From NCBI GenBank assembly GCA_028695415.1, contig JAQVIY010000003.1, forward strand, positions 47,132 through 111,131: a stretch of DNA of 64,000 nt, read 5' to 3'. Shown one piece after another: positions 57,927-64,000 of this stretch. The DNA is from Minisyncoccota bacterium. Its GTDB lineage: Bacteria; Patescibacteriota; Minisyncoccia; Phycocordibacterales; Phycocordibacteraceae. The translations under genes and the position numbers were made by a program. Below the pieces are notes generated by a model that ran no database searches, was not told where the DNA came from, and saw only the letters and a list, made by a program, of their open reading frames with translations. Every line of letters starts with the position of its first letter. Within the stretch, counting starts at the first letter, position 1.

Positions 57927-57997
57927 GCGGGTATGGTTTAGTGGCAGAACATTTGCTTCCCAAGCAAAGGACCCGGGTTCGATTCCCGGTACCCGCA
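57927..57997 (+). tRNA. tRNA-Gly(CCC)
   Basis: GCGGGTA/TACCCGC acceptor stem, loop TT-CCC-AA. Confidence 0.94.
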
Positions 57998-58051
57998 CTG
58001 ATTCGTTCGTATAAAAAGAATCGAGCCCGACGTAGTGTCGGGCTCGGGAAG

Positions 58052-58360
58052 TCATGACCGCAATGCTGGCAGTCCTGATTGCATTCGCACTTCGTTGACA
58101 AGACGCATCAAGAAGCGATGAGCTCCCTGTCGCCGTCTTGTCGGCTCGAGTGCGCGTTTGAGGTCGTGTTTTGAGATCTGGCGAGCCGGTTCGCTAGGGG
58201 GAGTTGCGAGCCACAGCACGCCGTGAGTCTTCCGTTTTGCGTACTCATGGAAGCTCTGCGGGGCAGGGCGTACGCCGCAGATATAGTCGACGGCAGCCCC
58301 GATCATCTCTTCAGCTCGCATCCTTCTTTCGAGCCAGGACAAGGCAGTGGTGTCCAACAT
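58052..58360 (-). CDS. Hypothetical protein
   Basis: AAGGAG SD before ATG, hairpin terminator at about 58023-58047. Confidence 0.45.
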   Translation of the reverse strand: MLDTTALSWLERRMRAEEMIGAAVDYICGVRPAPQSFHEYAKRKTHGVLWLATPPSEPARQISKHDLKRALEPTRRRQGAHRFLMRLVNEVRMQSGLPALRS

Positions 58361-58490
58361 CGGTATCTCCTTATGGTTTCGTGTGGGTGGAGTCGCGCGT
58401 CTGCATCCGTGAAGCAAAGAGCTAAGCGCTAGGAGCATGGTAACACATTATCGTAATATACGCAAGTAGCCCAGGGAGCGCGAGAAGTGG

Positions 58491-58499
58491 TGTGGATAA
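58491..58499. promoter_or_regulatory. DnaA box upstream of the glutaredoxin gene
   Basis: TGTGGATAA, the reverse complement of TTATCCACA. Confidence 0.45.
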
Positions 58500-58537
58500 C
58501 TGGGGATGATATACTAGTCCTATAACCCTCACAAAAC

Positions 58538-58774
58538 ATGGATAAAACAGTCACCATTTACAGCACGCCGACGTGTCATTTCTGCCAAATGACAAAGGAG
58601 TTCTTGAAAGAAAAGAATATCGCGTATACCGAGCACAATGTCGCTACCGACCTCGAGAAGCGCCAGGAGATGATACAGAGGTCGGGTCAGATGGGCGTAC
58701 CGGTCATTTTTGTCGGCGACGAGATGATTATCGGTTTCGATCAGGAGAGGCTCGCCTCGATTCTTGGCGTCTGA
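58538..58774 (+). CDS. Glutaredoxin/NrdH-like redoxin
   Basis: IYSTPTCHFC, GQMGVPVI, IIGFD. Confidence 0.92.
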   Translation: MDKTVTIYSTPTCHFCQMTKEFLKEKNIAYTEHNVATDLEKRQEMIQRSGQMGVPVIFVGDEMIIGFDQERLASILGV

Positions 58775-58832
58775 TAGCGTACAAAACGCGCGCCGCTCTG
58801 CGGCGCGCGTTTTGTGTTATCGTTCCCCTAAC

Positions 58833-58904
58833 GCCCTCTTAGTTCAATGGATAGAACGGCTCACTCCTAACGAGCTGATCCAAGTTCGATTCTTGGAGAG
58901 GGCA
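58833..58904 (+). tRNA. tRNA-Arg(CCT)
   Basis: GCCCTCT/AGAGGGC acceptor stem, loop CT-CCT-AA. Confidence 0.92.
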
Positions 58905-58926
58905 CCTGATGCTAGAATAGGGACAT

Positions 58927-59205
58927 ATGGATCCAGAAATAAAACGCCAACTGGAAGAGATACACGCGCTCGTGAAAGATAATCATGATATGCTTCGCGC
59001 GCTTCGGCGTCACCAGTGGTGGAGCTTTATCATGACCGTCATGTTCTGGATCATCGTTACGGTCGCTCCGTTCTACCTCTATCAGCAATACGTCCAGCCG
59101 CTTGTCGAGAAATTGTCCGCTCCCGAAGCCGCCACAAACGGTTTCCAGCTCCCGACTTCCGTTGATGTGCAAAAGCTGATAAACTCGCTCAAGGGAGGGC
59201 AGTAA
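58927..59205 (+). CDS. Hypothetical single-TM protein
   Basis: 92-aa ORF filling the gap between two tRNAs. Confidence 0.75.
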   Translation: MDPEIKRQLEEIHALVKDNHDMLRALRRHQWWSFIMTVMFWIIVTVAPFYLYQQYVQPLVEKLSAPEAATNGFQLPTSVDVQKLINSLKGGQ

Positions 59206-59217
59206 GCCCCGTAGAAC

Positions 59218-59290
59218 GCTTGGATAGCTCAGTTGGTAGAGCACTTCCCTGAAGAGGAAGGGGTCCCCGGTTCGAGCCCGGGTCCAAGCA
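59218..59290 (+). tRNA. tRNA-Phe(GAA)
   Basis: GCTTGGA/TCCAAGC acceptor stem, loop CT-GAA-GA. Confidence 0.93.
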
Positions 59291-59418
59291 CTACTTCGCT
59301 CCATTAGGAAATGGAGCTACGAAGTGCACAGCACATGCATAACTATGTTAACCGCTCGATATAAACAGTCGGCGAAGGAGCCCTTCGTAGCTTTAGCGAA
59401 GTAGGGCATAATTTTCGT

Positions 59419-59655
59419 ATGTATTATGTATATCTGTTGCAAGATGCCGTCGGCAAATCGTATGTCGGTTATTCGCACGACTTGAAACGGCGATTAAACG
59501 AACACGAGCGAGGGATGGTTGATACTACAAGTGTATATAAGAAATCTAAATTGATTTGGTACTGTGCATTTGCAAGCAAAAAGAAAGCTTTAGATTTTGA
59601 GAAGTATCTAAAGGCAGGTTCAGGATGCGCCTTCGCGAAGAGACATTTTGTCTGA
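59419..59655 (+). CDS. Small GIY-YIG nuclease
   Basis: MYYVYLL..SYVGYSHDLKRRLNEH..ALDFEKYLKAGSG. Confidence 0.9.
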   Translation: MYYVYLLQDAVGKSYVGYSHDLKRRLNEHERGMVDTTSVYKKSKLIWYCAFASKKKALDFEKYLKAGSGCAFAKRHFV

Positions 59656-59674
59656 TCAGATATACTGTACATAC

Positions 59675-60760
59675 ATGAAGCGAATGATGTTTGCATGGGC
59701 GCAGAAATATGAACGGCACCTTTCGGCGCTCGCGATGGTTGCCGGATTTGTCGCTGACAATCTTCTTTTCTCGCGCGTTGACCTGGCACAGACACAGCTT
59801 GTGTTTGCCGCCTATGCAATCGCCTGTTTCGTCTCCATTCCGCTTCTAGAGTGGCTTGAGTCCCGTGCAGGGCGCGGTAAATCGCTTCCGCGCTGGCGTT
59901 TCCTGCTTCCTCTCATCACGCAGTTCGCCCTCGGCGGGTTCTGGAGCGGCTTTGTTATCTTCTACGGCCGATCGGCTGATCTCGGCGCGTCGTGGCCCTT
60001 CCTTCTGGTGCTTCTCCTCGTATTTTTCGGGAGCGAATACTTCCATCGATACCATGAGCGACTCGTTTTCACGAGCATCCTGTTCTTCTTCGCGCTCTAT
60101 TCATATGCGATATTCGCCGTGCCTATCTACACGGGCACCATCGGGGCGTTTACCTTTCTCGAGAGCGGGGCAGTCGCGGTCATAGTGTTCGCTTTTTTCA
60201 CCGCCTTGCTTCGCGTGCTCGCGCGCGAACGATTCCTCACTGAGGTGTGGCGCATCCGGGCAGGTGCGTTCGCGGTGCTTGTTCTTATGAACGTATCGTA
60301 TTTCACCAATATCTTGCCGCCCTTGCCGCTCTCGGCAGAGTCGGCAGGCATGTATCACTCGATTTCGCACGTCTCGGGAGAATATCGAGCAACGAGCGAG
60401 TCGAAGTCGTGGCAGGTGCGCTATCTCGGGCTTGCCCCGACCCTGCATATCGTTCTTGGCGATACGCTCTTTGCCTATAGTTCGGTATTCGCTCCAACGA
60501 CGCTTGCAACAACCATCATTCATCGTTGGCAGTGGTATGACGATATGCAAAAACAATGGGTGACGAAATCGTCCATCGCCTATTCGATAACCGGCGGGCG
60601 CGATGGCGGATACCGCGGCTATTCTTCGCTCCCGATATTGAATGCGGGGCAGTGGCGGGTGAGTGTAGAGACGCTCGACGGGCGCCATATCGCAGTATTG
60701 CCGTTCACGGTTGTTGAGGTGCCGACAGAGCCGGCTTTGACGGAAGAAACGCTCAATTAG
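59675..60760 (+). CDS. DUF2914-domain membrane protein
   Basis: TM N-terminal region; SVFAP, HRWQW, GGRDGGYRGYS, GQWRVSVET. Confidence 0.82.
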   Translation: MKRMMFAWAQKYERHLSALAMVAGFVADNLLFSRVDLAQTQLVFAAYAIACFVSIPLLEWLESRAGRGKSLPRWRFLLPLITQFALGGFWSGFVIFYGRSADLGASWPFLLVLLLVFFGSEYFHRYHERLVFTSILFFFALYSYAIFAVPIYTGTIGAFTFLESGAVAVIVFAFFTALLRVLARERFLTEVWRIRAGAFAVLVLMNVSYFTNILPPLPLSAESAGMYHSISHVSGEYRATSESKSWQVRYLGLAPTLHIVLGDTLFAYSSVFAPTTLATTIIHRWQWYDDMQKQWVTKSSIAYSITGGRDGGYRGYSSLPILNAGQWRVSVETLDGRHIAVLPFTVVEVPTEPALTEETLN

Positions 60761-61272
60761 CCCACCTTCACTTTCAGCTTCGTCTGTTTCGCCTTGTCGA
60801 GCTTCGGGAGGATTATGGTCAGAAGACCGTCTTTGGCGCTTGCGGAGGAGGATTCAACATCAACTTCTTCAGGCAACATAATGACGCGTGAGAACGAACC
60901 CCAGAAGAGTTCGCGAGTGAAATAGTCAGTGCCAGAGGATTGCTCACGCTCCATACGGGAACCCTCTATCTCGACGCGGTCACGACTTATGGAAATATTG
61001 AGTTCATCGGGGCGTACGCCGGCGACGAACGTACGAATGATGATGTCGTTTGCCGTCTGGCGCACATCAACGGGGAGTTGGCCTTCGTCTCCGGAGGAGA
61101 AATCATCATCGAGCGGCATCGGGTGGGTGCTGGCTGAGCCTCCGTGCTTTGGGGACTCTTTGTGAAGCGCGGTCGGGGCGACCGCTATCTCGTCATCAAA
61201 CGAATCGAAATCGGCATCAATTGCCGCGGAACTGCCGGAGAGACGATCAAAGAACGAGCGCTTCATAGTCAT
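60757..61272 (-). CDS. Hsp20/alpha-crystallin small heat-shock protein
   Basis: RELFWGSFSR..LPEEVD..KDGLLTIILPK. Confidence 0.92.
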   Translation of the reverse strand: MTMKRSFFDRLSGSSAAIDADFDSFDDEIAVAPTALHKESPKHGGSASTHPMPLDDDFSSGDEGQLPVDVRQTANDIIIRTFVAGVRPDELNISISRDRVEIEGSRMEREQSSGTDYFTRELFWGSFSRVIMLPEEVDVESSSASAKDGLLTIILPKLDKAKQTKLKVKVG

Positions 61273-61982
61273 GGATTAGTAATTTTGTTAGGGAGAGTGC
61301 GGTACTGGAAATATTTTAGCACCTCGAATGCTGCGAAGAAGATAACGGCGGCCATCCATATGAGGAAGAACGCAGCGAGAGTCGTCGACGTGCCTGCATT
61401 GATAATAAGTGTGTTGAACGCAGTATGCAATGCTACCGCGAGGATAAGTCCGAGTGCAGCGGCGGACATGCGCCCGATTGGGTGGAGACGGACAGAGAAA
61501 GCGAGTGAGAACCCAATGGCGGCAGAGGCGACAACGTGGAGCAGGGTGGAACCGAGGAAGCGCAGATCGCTCGTAAAGAGCGAGCTCGCTATCTGCCCGT
61601 CGACGAGCGGTGCAAAGAGGAACAGCATATTCTCGGCGGCGGCGAAGCCGAGCGCGACCGTGAACAGGTAAATAACGTAGTCGGGCGCTTCGTCAACGGC
61701 ATTCCTCCAGAGAATGAGCGATGCCGCCGCGGTATATTTCAAGACCTCCTCGATAAGCGCCCACGACAGCAATATAGACATGCTGCTGCCCTCGAAGCGT
61801 GCTCGGGTGAATTGCTCGAACGGAAGCGCGATAGGTACGGCGAGCATGCCAACGATGAAGGCGAAGGTGATGAGACTTTTTGGTTCTGGGTGCTTCGCAT
61901 CTTCTTTGAGAAGGAAATACAGCCAGATAAGGGAGGGGAGGAGCCCGCCGAGGAATGCGAAGCCGAGTGTGGTGAGAGTCAC
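61269..61982 (-). CDS. PrsW-family intramembrane metalloprotease
   Basis: IEEVLK, LGFAAAEN, LLH, LHTAFN. Confidence 0.9.
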   Translation of the reverse strand: MTLTTLGFAFLGGLLPSLIWLYFLLKEDAKHPEPKSLITFAFIVGMLAVPIALPFEQFTRARFEGSSMSILLSWALIEEVLKYTAAASLILWRNAVDEAPDYVIYLFTVALGFAAAENMLFLFAPLVDGQIASSLFTSDLRFLGSTLLHVVASAAIGFSLAFSVRLHPIGRMSAAALGLILAVALHTAFNTLIINAGTSTTLAAFFLIWMAAVIFFAAFEVLKYFQYRTLPNKITNP

Positions 61983-62166
61983 TTTCGTAAGTATACCAGC
62001 CTTTGCTACAACTTCAGGACGGAAAAACGAAAAAAGAGAGCGCTCGGGCCGCTAAGCGTTACTTGCACGCTTTCATCTATGTCGCTCGGAAACACTGAAT
62101 TAATTCAGTGTTTCCTCGCTTCTTGCTGTAGACAATTCAACTCTCTTTTTTCATTTTTTCCGCCCC

Positions 62167-64000
62167 TCAGCTGGGCCATTTCGCGACCATCAAGAACTTC
62201 GCGTCTTTCGTCGGCATAGACTGATAAATTTCTTCGGTAACGAATGGCATAAAAGGGTGGAGGAGGCGAAGCGTGCGATCGAGAAGCGTGAGAAGAAGCG
62301 TCCTGCGGGAATCTTTTGCGGCTTCGTCGCTTCCGGCGAGAATGGGCTTCGATTCTTCAAGTATCTTGTCTGCGAGCTCGTGCCACGCGTAGTGATATAT
62401 CTTTTCGGCTGCCATATAGACGCGGAACTCTTCGATATCGACCGTCACCTCTTTTGTAAGGAGATCAATTTGTTCGAGAATTTCGCGTTCCCGAGAAGAA
62501 AAATGGTCGCGCTCCGGGCCGCTAGGCCAAGTCTTACTACCATTTTTCTTCTCGGGAACGCTCTTTGCGTTCGTGTTTGCTTCAAGTATGAATCGCGCGA
62601 TGTTCCAGAGCTTGTTCGCAAAGTGCTTGTAGCCTTTTATCTTATCTTCGCTGATGCGCATATCGGTGCCCGGGGTATTGCCGACGATAAGCGCCATCCG
62701 CGCTGCGTCTGCGCCAAACTTCGCCGCGACATCAAGCGGGTCCATATTATTGCCGAGCGACTTGCTCATCTTACGACCCTGAGCATCGCGCACGAGTCCG
62801 TGGAGATAGACCGCTCTGAAGGGGATTGTGCCGAGCGTAAATTCGGTCATCAGTATCATCCGTGCGATCCAGAAGAAGAGGATGTCATAGCCGGTCTCGA
62901 GCAAGTCGGTTGGGTGATAGATTTTGAAATCATTCGTCTCCTCGGGCCAGCCGAGCGTTGAGAATGTCCAGAGACCGGAGGAGAACCACGTATCGAGCGT
63001 GTCCTCGTCTTGTACCCACCCGTCGCGCGCCCAGTCTCCCTCGGGTGCTTCGCCAACGACCGCTTCTTCGCCTCTGTACCAGACCGGAATACGATGTCCG
63101 TACCAGATCTGTCGGCTGATGCACCAATCGCGCAGATTCTCTATCCAGTGGACATAGGTTTTTTCGAAATGTTCGGGGAGTATAGTGATCTCGCCCGAGC
63201 GCACTGCTTCGAGCATAAGCTCCTTGAGCGTTTTACCGCGCCCGGGAACCTCTTTGTCTACCTCGACCCACCACTGAAGCTTCGGCAATGGCTCGACGAT
63301 GCCGCCCGTGCGCTCTGCGGTGGCGATATTCTGGGTGATGTCCTCTTCTTTTTCGAGCAGATTCTCGCTCTTCAGCCATTCGACGACTGTCTCGCGTGCC
63401 TCGGTGGTCTTCATGTCCCTCAGGCGGCCGTCTACCGTCATCTTCGCGTATTCGTTGATGATGATGGTCTCGTGCGAGAGCTCGTGCCGGTCGGCTATCT
63501 CCCAGTCGACCTTGCTATGCGCGGGCGTGAGCCCGACTGCGCCGGTACCAAACTCAGGGTCAACCTCCTTATCGGCAACAATCTTGATATGAATCGGGAC
63601 ATCGCAGAAGACAACGTCGTATTCCTTGCCGACGAATTCTTTATAGCGCACGTCGTCGGGGTGTACCGCGACGCCGACATCACCCACTTTGGTCTCAGGG
63701 CGCGTCGTCGCGATGGGGATAGGGAAGTCCTTTGCATAACGGAAGGTGTAGAGCTTAGCGGGGCGCTCCTCGTATACTATTTCGTCGTCTGAGATAGTGG
63801 TCTGACCCTTCGGGTCCCAATTCACGATGCGCAGTCCGCGGTAGATAAGACCAGCATCGCTCATTCGCTTGAACACTGTGCGCACGGCGCGGCTACGCGT
63901 CTCATCAAGTGTGAATGCCTCGCGCGACCAATCGAGCGATGCGCCCATCGTCTTCAACTGGCTGATGATGGTGTCGTGGCTCGCGACAGCGAACGCCTCG
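62167..64000 (-). CDS. valS: Valyl-tRNA synthetase (5'-truncated by window edge)
   Basis: TTRPET, DWCISRQIWYGHRIP, DTLDTWFSS, KMSKS, LHPFMPFVTEEI. Confidence 0.97.
   Translation of the reverse strand, partial: EAFAVASHDTIISQLKTMGASLDWSREAFTLDETRSRAVRTVFKRMSDAGLIYRGLRIVNWDPKGQTTISDDEIVYEERPAKLYTFRYAKDFPIPIATTRPETKVGDVGVAVHPDDVRYKEFVGKEYDVVFCDVPIHIKIVADKEVDPEFGTGAVGLTPAHSKVDWEIADRHELSHETIIINEYAKMTVDGRLRDMKTTEARETVVEWLKSENLLEKEEDITQNIATAERTGGIVEPLPKLQWWVEVDKEVPGRGKTLKELMLEAVRSGEITILPEHFEKTYVHWIENLRDWCISRQIWYGHRIPVWYRGEEAVVGEAPEGDWARDGWVQDEDTLDTWFSSGLWTFSTLGWPEETNDFKIYHPTDLLETGYDILFFWIARMILMTEFTLGTIPFRAVYLHGLVRDAQGRKMSKSLGNNMDPLDVAAKFGADAARMALIVGNTPGTDMRISEDKIKGYKHFANKLWNIARFILEANTNAKSVPEKKNGSKTWPSGPERDHFSSREREILEQIDLLTKEVTVDIEEFRVYMAAEKIYHYAWHELADKILEESKPILAGSDEAAKDSRRTLLLTLLDRTLRLLHPFMPFVTEEIYQSMPTKDAKFLMVAKWPS

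Noticed and set aside
58491-58510. Replication origin
   Set aside because: Only one perfect DnaA box and no AT-rich unwinding region or box cluster

Overview
Bacterial chromosomal segment, standard genetic code, mostly GC-rich with lower-GC accessory patches. Gene content (ftsEX, pyrG, typA, smpB-ssrA-ftsH, recG, class II RNR, rnpB, murJ, lepA, valS, six tRNAs) and widespread apparently leaderless starts suggest a Patescibacteria/CPR (Parcubacteria-like) genome; this is an inference. The main feature is a complete diversity-generating retroelement (DGR) at about 19.4-22.3 kb. It has a target gene with a 114-bp variable repeat (20231-20344) and a template repeat (20713-20826) differing at 16 positions, all template adenines, plus a downstream hairpin, avd and a reverse transcriptase (RT). 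Two properties are unusual: avd is inverted and abuts the RT start codon with zero spacing (CAT|ATG), and the RT gene carries an in-frame (GA)13G tract upstream of its catalytic motifs, a candidate phase-variation switch. Other notable items: a second DGR-target-like gene with no template in the window (38840-39331); a predicted ~55-nt antisense RNA with its own promoter at the 3' end of a NYN nuclease gene; cargo genes after tRNA-Ser separated by structured tRNA-like repeats; a recoded duplicate typA 3' end; palindromes inside valS and RNase P RNA; tRNA-Ile(UAU); and a 25-aa tmRNA tag. All calls come from reading the sequence by eye; no searches were run.
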